Shown: positions 49,606 through 60,262, counted from the first letter of the stretch. The stretch is DNA of 64,000 nt from Chloroflexota bacterium (GCA_016202435.1 JACQOR010000007.1:3284-67283); one strand, 5' to 3'. Translations and numbers: made by a program. Notes: generated by a model not told the origin, from the sequence alone.

Positions 49606-51279
49606 TTGAGCGACGACCTTCGCCATCAGAGTCGAGCCCTTACGGAGGGCCCGAGCCGCGCTCCGGCCCGGGCGATGCTCAAGGCCATCGGATTTGACGA
49701 CGGGGACCTCCACCGCCCGTTGGTCGGCGTGGCCCACTGTTGGATCGGCACCATGCCGTGCAATTTCAACCACCGGCGACTTGCTGGAGAAGTCGCGGAG
49801 GGCATCCGGGCATCCGGCGGCACTCCCATCGAACTGAACACCATCGCGGTTTCCGACGGCGTGGCGATGGGAACCGAAGGGATGAAAGCCTCTCTGGTGT
49901 CCAGGGAAATCATTGCCGACTCGATCGAACTTGTCGCCCGCGGCCACCTCTTCGACGCTCTGGTCACGGTTTCGGGTTGTGATAAGACGATTCCTGGAAC
50001 CGTCATGGCCCTCCTCCGCCTCGATATTCCCGGCCTCATGCTTTACAGCGGCTCGATCGCTCCGGGCTCTTTCGAGGGCCGCGACGTGACTATCCAGGAC
50101 GTATTCGAGGCAGTGGGGGCCCACGCCGCCGGTCGGATGACGAACGAGCGGCTCCACGCGCTCGAGTCAGTTGCCTGTCCGGGTGAGGGGGCCTGCGGTG
50201 GCCAGTTCACGGCCAACACTATGGCGACTGCCTTCGAAGCAATGGGCATTTCGCCGGCCGATAGCAGCAGTGTCCCCGCTGCTGAAGGGCAGAAGAACAA
50301 CGTGGCTTTCCGTTGCGGAGAGCTCATCATGGAGCTACTCCGGCACGATATCCGCCCCAGGCAGATCATCACGCGCGCCTCAATCGAGAATGCCATCGCC
50401 GCGATCTGCGCCACTGGCGGGTCGACGAATGCGGTTCTCCACCTTCTAGCCATCGCTCACGAGGCCGGAGTGCCGCTTGACATCGACGATTTCGATGAGA
50501 TCAGCCGCCGCACGCCACTGCTCGCCGATCTCAAACCGTGGGGCCGCTATACGGCCATCGACATGTACCGAGCCGGAGGAATCCGACTCCTCACGAAGCG
50601 GCTGCTTGAGGCTGGGATCCTCCACCCCGACGCGCTGACCGTCACAGGGAAGTCAATTGGCGAGGAAGCCCGGCGCGCAACCGAAACACCCGGCCAGGAT
50701 GTCATCCACCCCAACTCCGACCCCATTCAACCCACCGGGGGACTCGTGATCCTCAAAGGGAATCTCGCGCCAGAGGGCTGCGTGGTGAAGGTCACCGGAC
50801 ACGAGCATTCCCATCACGAAGGACCGGCTCGCGTTTTTGATCGCGAGGAGGACGCATTCGCTGCGGTCCAAGCAGGTCACATCCAACCGAACGACGTGGT
50901 CGTGATCCGCTACGAAGGTCCCCGAGGGGGGCCCGGCATGCGAGAAATGCTGGGCGTCACGAGCGCGCTCGTAGGATCCGGCCTAGGTGACTCCGTAGCC
51001 CTACTCACCGACGGCCGCTTTTCCGGCGCGACTCGCGGCCTCATGGCTGGGCACGTGGCGCCGGAGGCCGCCGCCGGTGGGGGCATCGCAGCCCTGCGCG
51101 AAGGTGACATCGTGGTGTTTGACGTTGAGAGCAGACGACTTGACGTCAAGCTGAGCGATGCTGAAATCGCCGCGCGGCTCCAGGGATGGCGGGCACCCGA
51201 GCCCCGTTACACGACCGGAGTGATGGCTAAGTACGCCCGGTCCGTCTCTTCCGCATCCCAAGGCGCCGTGACGATATAG
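49606..51279 (+). CDS. ilvD: Dihydroxy-acid dehydratase
   Basis: ILVD_EDD signatures (CDKTIPG, SGGTP...). Confidence 0.95.
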   Translation: MSDDLRHQSRALTEGPSRAPARAMLKAIGFDDGDLHRPLVGVAHCWIGTMPCNFNHRRLAGEVAEGIRASGGTPIELNTIAVSDGVAMGTEGMKASLVSREIIADSIELVARGHLFDALVTVSGCDKTIPGTVMALLRLDIPGLMLYSGSIAPGSFEGRDVTIQDVFEAVGAHAAGRMTNERLHALESVACPGEGACGGQFTANTMATAFEAMGISPADSSSVPAAEGQKNNVAFRCGELIMELLRHDIRPRQIITRASIENAIAAICATGGSTNAVLHLLAIAHEAGVPLDIDDFDEISRRTPLLADLKPWGRYTAIDMYRAGGIRLLTKRLLEAGILHPDALTVTGKSIGEEARRATETPGQDVIHPNSDPIQPTGGLVILKGNLAPEGCVVKVTGHEHSHHEGPARVFDREEDAFAAVQAGHIQPNDVVVIRYEGPRGGPGMREMLGVTSALVGSGLGDSVALLTDGRFSGATRGLMAGHVAPEAAAGGGIAALREGDIVVFDVESRRLDVKLSDAEIAARLQGWRAPEPRYTTGVMAKYARSVSSASQGAVTI

Positions 51280-51286
51280 GAAACCG

Positions 51287-51420
51287 ATTCCCACGCCCTC
51301 GGGGCACCATGGGCAATTGGAACAACCGTGCTTTCAGGCCAGCCAAAAGAGGCCGAGCGTCGGTAAGGACAGCAAGCGCCCCCGAAAAGCTCGCGTCATG
51401 GCGCGCAGGGGAAACGCTCC
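51287..51420 (+). repeat. Conserved noncoding element, copy B (homologous to 9443-9570)
   Basis: ATTCCCACGCCCTCGGGGCACCATGGGCAAT...TTTCAGGCC...GCGTCGG...CCCCCGAAAA...GAACTCAG. Lies between convergent ilvD and the MBL gene. Confidence 0.5.
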
Positions 51421-51541
51421 GCTGAACTCAGCGAAAGAATCGCGCCGACCTCAGCGTCTAGGCAGCGGACAGCACTGCAAGGGACGGACGTTGTGAGGCT
51501 CCCGAAGCCCGCGAACGATCATGGCCGGTGGGCTTTGGGCC

Positions 51542-52279
51542 TCATTGAGGATACTGGAGCACAGTCACCGTGGGCTCAACCGGCAGCGAACTGACTGTCA
51601 CCGTGATCTTCTGGTGGGCTTCGATTTCTGTAAGTCCCATTTCGCGCAGAAAATGGTCCACCGACTCAAGGTCCACCTTGGAGCTTTCGGTGGCATAGTG
51701 CATGGGGATAATGACTTTCGGCTCGATCTGAGCAATAACCTCGGCAGCTTGCGCGGGCGCTATCGTGCAATGGCCACCAACCGGTACCAGCAAGACATTG
51801 ACCTCTTTTGAGAGTTCGATCTGCTCGGCCGTGAGCAGGTTATTGACATCACCGAGATGACAAACCGTCACGTCGTCCACCTCGAAGATGAAGGCGGTAT
51901 TCCGAAGTGCCCGCATGTCGCGTTTGGGCACGTCGGTGCGAAAGCCCGTGGTCACGACACCCTTGACCTCATACTCACCGGGCCCATCGAGGATCACTGG
52001 CGACCCGCCGACTTGGTTGGCCGCGTTGTGGTGCGGGTGGCTATTCGAAATCGTCACCACGTCGGCAGAAACGCGGCCGAGGGTGTACCCGCAAGAACTC
52101 GAATAAGGATCCGTCAACACCGAAACGTTGCGTCCGCGAAGCCGAAAGCAAGAATGGCCAAGCCAGGTAATCTCCAATCGTTCACCCCCAGATCGTTGAT
52201 TGTAGAGAAGGCAGCGCGACGGACCTGTCCGGGAGGCATCATCGGCCAGGTCCGGAAGCTGGCCGATGATGGCCGTCAA
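51542..52279 (-). CDS. MBL-fold metal-dependent hydrolase (UPF0173-like)
   Basis: HxHxDH-like motif (SNSHPHH) and further His/Asp ligands. Confidence 0.8.
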   Translation of the reverse strand: MTAIIGQLPDLADDASRTGPSRCLLYNQRSGGERLEITWLGHSCFRLRGRNVSVLTDPYSSSCGYTLGRVSADVVTISNSHPHHNAANQVGGSPVILDGPGEYEVKGVVTTGFRTDVPKRDMRALRNTAFIFEVDDVTVCHLGDVNNLLTAEQIELSKEVNVLLVPVGGHCTIAPAQAAEVIAQIEPKVIIPMHYATESSKVDLESVDHFLREMGLTEIEAHQKITVTVSSLPVEPTVTVLQYPQ

Positions 52280-52333
52280 GAGGTGGGGTAGCTGTCCGCC
52301 TCCTTTCCATTACTACTACGGCTCACGGTCCCG

Positions 52334-54625
52334 TTGGCCAGCGCTGCCTTCATTGGCGGCATGCTAATTGGAGTCTCTTGGGCTCCATATCCCCGACCAC
52401 CTTTGTGGTTAGCGCTGGGAGGCTTTGGAGCCGTTGCGGTCCTCGCGTTCGTCGTCCCGCGCGTGCGTCGTCCGGTGGGTCTGGCCGTCTCCTCGATGCT
52501 TTTGGCCCTCTCCCTTGGACTCGTCATGGGGGCCGCTTCCACCGCCGAACGGCCGACGCCCTGGACACCGCCTGCGGACTTTCGAGAGACGCGGGGGACA
52601 GTTGATGAAACGCCCCGAACTGCCGGTTCGGCCGCGGTGGTCACGATTCGGCCGGACGATGCTCAGGGGTTTCCTGCGGGGGCACGTTTGCAGCTCACCC
52701 TGCCTCCGTTGCCAGACTTGAACCTCGGAGATCGGGTGCTCGTGGTCGGTGACCTCATAGCCGTCGAGCCGCGTGCTCCTTGGCGAGCAAAGCTCGCCGC
52801 TGCCAACATCGTCGCGATCGCCGCCTTTCCGGAAATAGTCCGCCTTGGCGAGCCGGCGGGCGCTGTGCCATGGGCGACCGCGCTCCACAGGACGCGGGAG
52901 ACTCTGACCCGGGCCCTGCAAGCTTGCCTGCCCGAGCCCCAAGCCGGTCTCGTGTCGGGCCTTTTGGTGGGTGCGAACGGCTCCCTCACCGACGACGTGC
53001 GCCAGGCGCTGGTGGCCTCAGGTGTCAGCCATCTTGTAGTAGTTTCGGGATACAACATCACGCTCGTCGCAGCGGCCCTATCGACGTTCGCGCGCGGCCA
53101 CAGGCTCGGCGCGCTCGTGCCCTTTGCGGGCATCTGGCTTTTCACGCTAATCGCTGGGGCCAATCCGCCAGCCCTGCGAGCCGCCGTGATGGGAACCGTC
53201 ACACTCTTGACGACCACTCTGGGGAGAGGCGCCGACCCGCTCGGCACGCTCCTCATCGTCGCCGCTGGCATGCTCGTCCTCGAACCGCGGCTCGCCACAG
53301 ACCTCGGATTCCAGTTGTCAGCCCTGGCCACGGCCGGCCTCATTACCCTCCAACCGCGGGTGGCCGCGCTCCTTCCCTGGCTGCCAGGGTCGGTTCGCGA
53401 GCCGGTTGCGGGTACTATCGCTGCCCAGCTCGCGACATTGCCGATCCTTGCTTCGACGTTTCACCAGATATCGACAGTGGCCCCCATCTCGAACACGCTT
53501 GCCGCGCCCGCTGTGCCGCTAACAACGATAGCCGCGGCGGTCGCGGCGCCGCTGGTTGCCATCGTCCCGTCGGCCGCGCCCCTCGGGACAGCCATCCTCG
53601 CCGTTCCCAGCACCTACCTGCTGGCCGTCATCGAGACCACGGCAGCGCTCCCTGGGGCGTCTCTCGCGCTGGGCGACGTGCCCGCCATTGCCAGCGCCGC
53701 CTATGCCCTCGCCCTCGTGGCCTGGGCCGCCCTGCCGACTCCGGAAGGACGCGATTTGTGGGCTTGGACCAACGCACGCCCTCGCCTAGCTCGCTCGCTG
53801 GCCGTCATCCCTTTGGCCATGGCTACGGGATCGCTCGCGGCCATGAGTCTTGGCTCACCCAGCTCACTGCTCAGTCTGAGCATCTTCGAGGCTGGCGGCG
53901 GCCCGGCGCTGTGGATGCGGACACCCGCCGGACAAACCCTACTCATTGATGGCGGCACGAGCCCGGCGACCATGACGTCCGAGCTCGGGCGTCGCATGCG
54001 ACTCAGCGAGCGCACATTGAGCCTGACAATCCTTACCGCGCTGGACTCCAGCCATCTTCCCGGCAGCATCGCCGCTGTGGAGCGCTACCCGCCCGCGCTG
54101 GCTGTCGCGCCGGAAAGCGGACAGCCGTCCGTGCTCGGTCAGCGGTGGACCTCAGCGGTGGACGGCCGACTAATCCGCGTTCGAGAGCCGACCACGGCCA
54201 CCATTGAACCCGGTCTCACGATCGAGCTCTTGCCGACGCTACCGCTGAGCGCGACCGACACCAGCCACCCTCAGCCCAATCTCATCGTCCGCCTACGCTT
54301 CCATGAAATCTCGGTACTCTACGCGCCGAGTGCGAACCCCTCGATCCTTCGTTCCCTGGGATCGCTTGTGGACGGTTCAGGGCCCGACGTGCTGATCGTC
54401 CCACGCGGCGGCGCCCCAGAGAGCCTCGACGCTCGGTCGCTGAACTCGCTGGCGCCCCGTCTGGCGATTATCCCCGTCGCGACGGGCAACCGCGCCCGTC
54501 CCCCTGCGCCTGAGATATTGGGGCTGCTCGCCCAGATTCCCACCATTCGCACTGACCTCAGCGGAACCATCGTCATCGAGTCGGACGGACGCAGGCTTTG
54601 GATCAGGTCCGAGCGCCAATCATGA
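52334..54625 (+). CDS. comEC: DNA internalization-related competence protein ComEC/Rec2
   Basis: DUF4131, Competence domain (VSHLVVVSGYNI) and C-terminal MBL domain. Multi-TM. Confidence 0.88.
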   Translation: MASAAFIGGMLIGVSWAPYPRPPLWLALGGFGAVAVLAFVVPRVRRPVGLAVSSMLLALSLGLVMGAASTAERPTPWTPPADFRETRGTVDETPRTAGSAAVVTIRPDDAQGFPAGARLQLTLPPLPDLNLGDRVLVVGDLIAVEPRAPWRAKLAAANIVAIAAFPEIVRLGEPAGAVPWATALHRTRETLTRALQACLPEPQAGLVSGLLVGANGSLTDDVRQALVASGVSHLVVVSGYNITLVAAALSTFARGHRLGALVPFAGIWLFTLIAGANPPALRAAVMGTVTLLTTTLGRGADPLGTLLIVAAGMLVLEPRLATDLGFQLSALATAGLITLQPRVAALLPWLPGSVREPVAGTIAAQLATLPILASTFHQISTVAPISNTLAAPAVPLTTIAAAVAAPLVAIVPSAAPLGTAILAVPSTYLLAVIETTAALPGASLALGDVPAIASAAYALALVAWAALPTPEGRDLWAWTNARPRLARSLAVIPLAMATGSLAAMSLGSPSSLLSLSIFEAGGGPALWMRTPAGQTLLIDGGTSPATMTSELGRRMRLSERTLSLTILTALDSSHLPGSIAAVERYPPALAVAPESGQPSVLGQRWTSAVDGRLIRVREPTTATIEPGLTIELLPTLPLSATDTSHPQPNLIVRLRFHEISVLYAPSANPSILRSLGSLVDGSGPDVLIVPRGGAPESLDARSLNSLAPRLAIIPVATGNRARPPAPEILGLLAQIPTIRTDLSGTIVIESDGRRLWIRSERQS

Positions 54626-54747
54626 CATTGGCCCTAGGCGCCATCCACTCAAAGCCGGCCAAGGGACTGCTAGCTGGACGACCCAGGGCAAACGCGGCAT
54701 AGTGTCGCGGCGGCGCGCCCCTTTGAAACTACGCTTCCGGAGCCTCC

Positions 54748-55869
54748 TTGAGCCAACTCGACGAGCCAGCGGCGGAACTGGCCCCGGCGGCGCATCTCCG
54801 TCGCCTCGCTGCCTTCCTGCTCGATATCGTCCTCTGGGGCCTCCTCAATACGGCTCTGGTCGCCGCAGGCGGCGCCTGGCTATCGACGTTTGCGCCCAGT
54901 GAAGGCGAGACTTCCCAAGTCTTGGAGACCCTGCGCACCACCTTGATATTCGCTCCAGTAGTTTCGTTTTCGTTCTACTCGATTGCATTCTGGGGCTCTG
55001 TGAGCACCTCACCAGGCAAATGGCTTGTTGGCCTGCAGTTGATCCGCATCGGGGGGGGCAGCATAGGCATGCTTCGGGGTACGCTCAGGCTGCTGGTGAT
55101 ACTGGGCATCACATTTCTGGGGGTGATCCTCGGCGCGATGGTCCAGGGTCGCGCCCCGCTTGCCCACAAAGGGCTGCCTTGGTTTGAGTTCTTGGTCTTG
55201 GTCTTGGTCTGCTGGCTGCCGGCGCTGGTACGCGTAGACCACGCCGGCCTCCATGACCTCATCGCCGGCACTCGTGAAGTCCAGACGCCGCAGAGCGGGC
55301 TCCGTCTCGTCACACGTGGTGCCATCAGTCGCTCCATCCGGGACGCCCGTTGGGCGGCCGTGCTCCTGTTGCTCCTTGCGGGTAGCGGCACCGGCATCTT
55401 CGTCGGTGTCCGCTCGCTTGGCCCGCTCTCGGCCGGAAGCCAGGGCGCTGCGGGCTCTGCGCCGGTCGATGCCGTCACCCAGGAAACCATCAAAGGCGCA
55501 ATCCTCGAGTACGACCGCATGGAGGAGCACGCCACGTTCCGCCTTGACGCCTCAATTCTCGAACCGCGTGCTACCCAGTCATGGCTGGCCAGGAAATCGG
55601 CTGAATTCGCGGAGATGCGGCGCCGCGGACTGCGGCAGGAAAGTCGGCTCATCGAAGTGGAATTCAAAGCCTTCCGCTGGGTCGATACCGACCGAGTGGA
55701 AGCAGACGTCATTGAAACCTGGGTGAGCGTGATTGGCGACTCCACTGGGCGTGTCTTGCAGGAGCGGGCCGCGCATGAGGTGCCCCAGACCGCTGTGTTG
55801 GAGAGGGAGCGCGGGCGGTGGAAGCTGAGCGACGTGCGTCAGTACGAGGTGGGAGAAGCGCCCTTTTAG
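54748..55869 (+). CDS. RDD-family membrane protein with extra C-terminal TM segment and about 150-aa soluble domain
   Basis: RDD-family features (N-terminal R, D...D pattern, PGKWLVGLQL). Confidence 0.7.
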   Translation: MSQLDEPAAELAPAAHLRRLAAFLLDIVLWGLLNTALVAAGGAWLSTFAPSEGETSQVLETLRTTLIFAPVVSFSFYSIAFWGSVSTSPGKWLVGLQLIRIGGGSIGMLRGTLRLLVILGITFLGVILGAMVQGRAPLAHKGLPWFEFLVLVLVCWLPALVRVDHAGLHDLIAGTREVQTPQSGLRLVTRGAISRSIRDARWAAVLLLLLAGSGTGIFVGVRSLGPLSAGSQGAAGSAPVDAVTQETIKGAILEYDRMEEHATFRLDASILEPRATQSWLARKSAEFAEMRRRGLRQESRLIEVEFKAFRWVDTDRVEADVIETWVSVIGDSTGRVLQERAAHEVPQTAVLERERGRWKLSDVRQYEVGEAPF

Positions 55870-55944
55870 GCGCACGGCCGGTGCCGGGTGCCCCGGAGCC
55901 AGGGTCGCTCCCCGGGAGACACGCCGCTCGGATCCCGCCGCTAC

Positions 55945-57243
55945 TTAAGGCAACCTTTCTAGCATCTCTCGCGCGACCCGATTTCCCATGCGGACACTGT
56001 AGTTCTGCCCCCGGTCTTGTGGATAGACCTGGAACATGTTCGCCAGATAGACACCTGGGAGCGGCGTCTCATGAGGGGGGATATGCTCATGGTAGTCGAC
56101 CGTCACGATAGGCTGGGCATAAGGAGCTTTGAACACGTGTGACTCCAGAACCCAGCTCTGGTCGAAGGCGGAATTGATGCGCGGGAGAGCGCTGAGAAAC
56201 CGCTGGAGCACGTCCTCATCCGGTTCGCCAAAGAGGGCGGCGTTCATCGGCAGGTAGTTACCGAGATAGATGATGTGCCGGCCCCCGTAGTCGGACGCTG
56301 GCATGTAGTTCGTGTGCTCGACCGCCGCGACGAATGGGAATCCCGGGTCGTTGACATTCAGCCAGTAGATCCCGTCCATCAACGGCCGATCAAGCACGAG
56401 GACCACCGAGTGTGCGCCATAGAAGTCACCCTGGTCGTAGCGGAGCCGGTACTCCTCAGGTAGATCTGACGCGAGCTGCATAAAGAGCCGCGTCGGAATT
56501 GTGGCCAACAGCCGATCAAAGCTCTCCATCCCGGCCGCAGTTTCCACGAACACTCTTCCAGCTTCTGCTCTGATGGACCGGACCCCGGCGCCCAGCTCGA
56601 CGCGCGCGCCCGCACGTTCTAGGATTTCAGCGAGTCGCTCATAGAGGCGGTAGAACCCACCCCGGAGATAGCCCAGCCTGGAGCTTCGCAGGTGTACGCG
56701 GGACCAGAACCAGGGCATGGCAATCTGCTCCGCGTAGTCCCCAAATTTCGAGCGTAGGAGCGGCCCCCAGAGCACCCGAAACACCTCAGGACCCATCCAC
56801 CGACGAATCCACTGAGCAGCGGTCGTCCCTTCGAGGCGATGGTAGTTGCCCTCCACCTTTAGATAGGCGATCCCCGCCCCTAGTCGGATCCGATCGCTAA
56901 GGGGAAGGGGCGAGAAGCGCAGGACGTCCATGGCGGAATCCAGGCTGTAAAGCCTGCCGCCGTAAAGAACGCTCGTGTCCGGCTTCGGCCAAACGACGTC
57001 TCCGCCCAACCCGACCTCGGTGATAAGAGCCCGCATGTCGTGATCAGAGCGGAACAGATGGTGGTAGAAACGCTCGAGGTGCGTCCCACCCACGTCGAAC
57101 GACGCCACCAGGCCACCCACACGATCCTCACGTTCCAAGATCACCACTCGAGCGCCTGCCTGCGTGAAGCGCAGGGCGGCGGTGAGGCCGAGAATGCCCG
57201 CGCCGATTACACCTACGCTTGGAGCCTCGGCCCTCTCCGTCAT
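55945..57243 (-). CDS. FAD/NAD(P)-binding oxidoreductase, amine oxidase / protoporphyrinogen-oxidase-like
   Basis: GxGxxG (GVIGAGILGLTAAL...ILERED..GG). Start is probably ATG at 57243, overlapping the upstream stop (ATGA). The track ORF begins at TTG 57300. Confidence 0.8.
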   Translation of the reverse strand: MTERAEAPSVGVIGAGILGLTAALRFTQAGARVVILEREDRVGGLVASFDVGGTHLERFYHHLFRSDHDMRALITEVGLGGDVVWPKPDTSVLYGGRLYSLDSAMDVLRFSPLPLSDRIRLGAGIAYLKVEGNYHRLEGTTAAQWIRRWMGPEVFRVLWGPLLRSKFGDYAEQIAMPWFWSRVHLRSSRLGYLRGGFYRLYERLAEILERAGARVELGAGVRSIRAEAGRVFVETAAGMESFDRLLATIPTRLFMQLASDLPEEYRLRYDQGDFYGAHSVVLVLDRPLMDGIYWLNVNDPGFPFVAAVEHTNYMPASDYGGRHIIYLGNYLPMNAALFGEPDEDVLQRFLSALPRINSAFDQSWVLESHVFKAPYAQPIVTVDYHEHIPPHETPLPGVYLANMFQVYPQDRGQNYSVRMGNRVAREMLERLP

Positions 57244-57914
57244 TCTTCGTCCCCGAGCTCCGCTCGCGCCGGAAGTCGGGCGAGCCGGTCGAGTAGGCAA
57301 TCGGTTTGTTCATCCCGGAGGGCTCGCGTGGCCCGGGTATGAAAACCGATGAGCTGGAGTTCCGTGAACTTGTGCCCGTGGCGGTTGTGCTGCTCCCAGT
57401 CCCAGGGCTGGCCCCTTTGGCCTAACAGTCCCAGCTGCTCAATCAGGCGCCGATCCATAAGGAGGGGCACGGAAAGCAGCTTCGAACCGGCGCCGCCGCG
57501 CCAGAGCACGAACCTCACGTCGGATCCAGGGATCAGCAAGTTTCGGCGCACGTGGGCGTTATTCACGTATCGGCGGTCCTCCAAGAGGCCGCTCTCGATC
57601 AGTTCGGAACCGCCGACGCGCTCTTCGATGTGGAACGCCGCGATGACGAACCTCAGCTTCTCGCCGCGCACGATCAGCGTCTCGTTAAAGAAAATCCAAT
57701 CCCCAGCGGCCACCTTCCCCAGGTTCACCTTCGCCGGCTTCCAGGGATAGTCGCCGTATGTGAACGTCTCGAACTCCGGGTCCCGGTGGAATCCGATACC
57801 CAGCGCACGGTAACGGGGCTCCTCGCGGATCCAGCGGAGCGCCCATGATTCCAGGCAATCGCAGAGAGACGGGTCGCCGACGTTGACGAGCACGCCGCGC
57901 ACACGTTCCTCCAT
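57240..57914 (-). CDS. Hypothetical protein (224 aa), translationally coupled to the FAD oxidoreductase
   Basis: Single long ORF with no recognisable domain. Confidence 0.55.
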   Translation of the reverse strand: MEERVRGVLVNVGDPSLCDCLESWALRWIREEPRYRALGIGFHRDPEFETFTYGDYPWKPAKVNLGKVAAGDWIFFNETLIVRGEKLRFVIAAFHIEERVGGSELIESGLLEDRRYVNNAHVRRNLLIPGSDVRFVLWRGGAGSKLLSVPLLMDRRLIEQLGLLGQRGQPWDWEQHNRHGHKFTELQLIGFHTRATRALRDEQTDCLLDRLARLPARAELGDEE

Positions 57915-58015
57915 GACGCCGGTGCCAGAGCTAGAGCACCAGGGAAGCCAGGCCGGCTCCTGGCCGCCAGTATAATCGGGGCACCCCAGGAGGCTTCCCC
58001 ATCCATCTCGACGGC

Positions 58016-60262
58016 TTGAATCCCGCTCAGCGAGAAGCGGTGCAGGCGGCCGACGGCTCGCTCCTCATCGTTGCCGGTCCCGGTTCGGGCAAGACGCGGG
58101 TCATCGTCCATCGCATCGCTCATCTCATCCTCGCCCACCATGTGGCCCCGTGGGAAATCCTGGCGGTCACTTTCACGAACAAGGCCGCCCGCGAGATGCG
58201 GGAACGCATCGAGGAACTGCTCGGCCACGCGGCCGATGGGCTGGCCGTTGGCACGTTCCACGCCCAGTGCGCCCGCATCCTGCGTCGCGAAGGGCCATTG
58301 GCGGGCATCGATTCCCGCTTTGCTATCTTCGACGACAGCGATCAGGTGGACCTCGTCCGCAAGATTCTGCGCGAGCTCGACCTGGATGAGAAGCGGTTCT
58401 CCGCCCGCTCGCTACTCAGCTCGATCTCGGCCGCCAAAAATGAGCTCATCACGTGCCAGGAATACAGTCGCCGCGCCCAGGGCATCTGGCAAGAACTCGT
58501 GGCGCAGGTCTTCCAGCGCTACCAGGAGCGCCTCCAGGAGAATCACGCCCTCGATTTCGACGACCTGATCTCTGAGACCGTGCGTCTGTTCTCCGACGTT
58601 CCGGAAACACTGGACCGCTACCAGGATCGATACCGCTATCTCATGGTGGACGAGTTCCAGGACACGAATGTGGCTCAGTACCGTTTGGTCCGAATGCTGG
58701 CACAAAAGCACCGGAACGTGTGCGTCGTGGGCGACGAGGATCAGGGCGTGTACTCCTGGCGCCAGGCGGACATTCGCAACCTCAAGAACTTCGAGCGCGA
58801 CTTCCCTGAGGCGAAGATCATTGTGTTGGAGCAGAACTATCGTTCCACCCAGACCATCCTCGACGTCGCCCGGGCCGTTATCGCTCCAAACCAGATGCGC
58901 AAAGAGAAGAAGCTCTGGACCGAGAACGATGCCGGTCGCCCGATCGTAGTGCACGAGGCGTTCGACGAGAACGACGAAGCCCAGTTCGTGATCCGGGAGA
59001 TCGAGCGGCTCACTCGAGCCGAGCACGCCCGCTATGGCAGCATGGCGGTCATGTACCGGGTGAACGCGCAGTCCCGGGCACTTGAGGATGCCTTCGTGCG
59101 GCGTGGCATCCCCTATCGCCTTGTTGGGGGCACGCGTTTCTACGAGCGCAAGGAAGTGAAAGATGTCCTGGCGTACCTCCGGCTGGCGCAGAATCCGTCC
59201 GACAGCATTAGCCTTGCCAGAGTCATCAATGTCCCGGCCCGAGGCATCGGCGAACGGACTATCACCGAAGCGCAGCGCTGGGCCGAGCGCGCCGGCCTCT
59301 CTTTCCTGGAGGGTCTGCAAGCGCTGGCAGATGGGCGCGACGAGGCAGCCGGGCATGCCGTTCTCCAGGCCCGGGCGCGCAACGCCATTCGCTCTTTCGT
59401 CGATCTGATCGCAGCCTTGGGACGTGGACGCATCGACCTCAACACATTGGATCTCCTGGACTTCACGCTCGAAGCTTCCGGATACGCCCGGCACACTCGT
59501 GACGGTTCCGAGGACGGCGAAGAGCGCTGGCAGAACATTCTGGAACTCCGAACCAAAGCGACCGACTTTGCGGAGCTGGCTCCGCCGCTCGGACTCGCCG
59601 CCCTCCTGGAGGAAGTGGCGCTCGTCCAGGATGTCGACAGTTACGACTTCCAAGTCGAAGGCGTGACCCTCATCACTCTCCACGCCGCCAAAGGGCTCGA
59701 GTTCCCCTGCGTGTTCATCGTGGGGCTGGAGGAGGGCCTCTGCCCCCACTCCCGATCTCTTGACGACCCGATGCAGATGGAAGAAGAACGACGACTTGTA
59801 TATGTCGGAATTACGCGGGCGATGCAGGGCCTCTACCTCGTGCATGCCTATCGCCGGACCCTCTACGGCATTTCCATGAACAACGAGCCCTCGCGCTTCC
59901 TGGCAGACATTCCGTCTCATCTTTGCAGCGGCGGCCGCAAGGCGCGCCCCGACACGAAACCTGGATCGGCCGCAGTTTCCGGAGGGTTCGGGCCGGCGAC
60001 ACGGGGACAAGTACCTCGTCGTACCCCGCTTGATGTCCCGACGGCCGCCCTGACGGCGCCGGCACGAGGCCTGCCGGCTGCTCCGGCTGCAGCGCTAGAC
60101 CAGCGCTTCTTCCCCGGCGATCGCGTCTTCCACCCGTCGTTCGGCGCGGGAGTCGTCGTTTCCAGTTTGATCAATCGAGGCGACGAGGAAGTCACGATTG
60201 CCTTCGAGGGTAAGGGGGTGAAGAAGCTGGCAGCTTCGTATGCGCCCCTGCAGCGGACTTAG
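58016..60262 (+). CDS. pcrA: ATP-dependent DNA helicase PcrA/UvrD
   Basis: SF1 motifs (GPGSGKT, DEFQDTN, etc.). C-terminal UvrD_C_2 Tudor-like tail. Confidence 0.95.
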   Translation: MNPAQREAVQAADGSLLIVAGPGSGKTRVIVHRIAHLILAHHVAPWEILAVTFTNKAAREMRERIEELLGHAADGLAVGTFHAQCARILRREGPLAGIDSRFAIFDDSDQVDLVRKILRELDLDEKRFSARSLLSSISAAKNELITCQEYSRRAQGIWQELVAQVFQRYQERLQENHALDFDDLISETVRLFSDVPETLDRYQDRYRYLMVDEFQDTNVAQYRLVRMLAQKHRNVCVVGDEDQGVYSWRQADIRNLKNFERDFPEAKIIVLEQNYRSTQTILDVARAVIAPNQMRKEKKLWTENDAGRPIVVHEAFDENDEAQFVIREIERLTRAEHARYGSMAVMYRVNAQSRALEDAFVRRGIPYRLVGGTRFYERKEVKDVLAYLRLAQNPSDSISLARVINVPARGIGERTITEAQRWAERAGLSFLEGLQALADGRDEAAGHAVLQARARNAIRSFVDLIAALGRGRIDLNTLDLLDFTLEASGYARHTRDGSEDGEERWQNILELRTKATDFAELAPPLGLAALLEEVALVQDVDSYDFQVEGVTLITLHAAKGLEFPCVFIVGLEEGLCPHSRSLDDPMQMEEERRLVYVGITRAMQGLYLVHAYRRTLYGISMNNEPSRFLADIPSHLCSGGRKARPDTKPGSAAVSGGFGPATRGQVPRRTPLDVPTAALTAPARGLPAAPAAALDQRFFPGDRVFHPSFGAGVVVSSLINRGDEEVTIAFEGKGVKKLAASYAPLQRT

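Noticed and set aside
57840-57915. Apparent 1-nt discrepancy between my base counting and ORF-track coordinates around 57240-57914
   Set aside because: Most likely my own character-level misreading of one line. Track coordinates were used for all CDS, and no frameshift claim is made.
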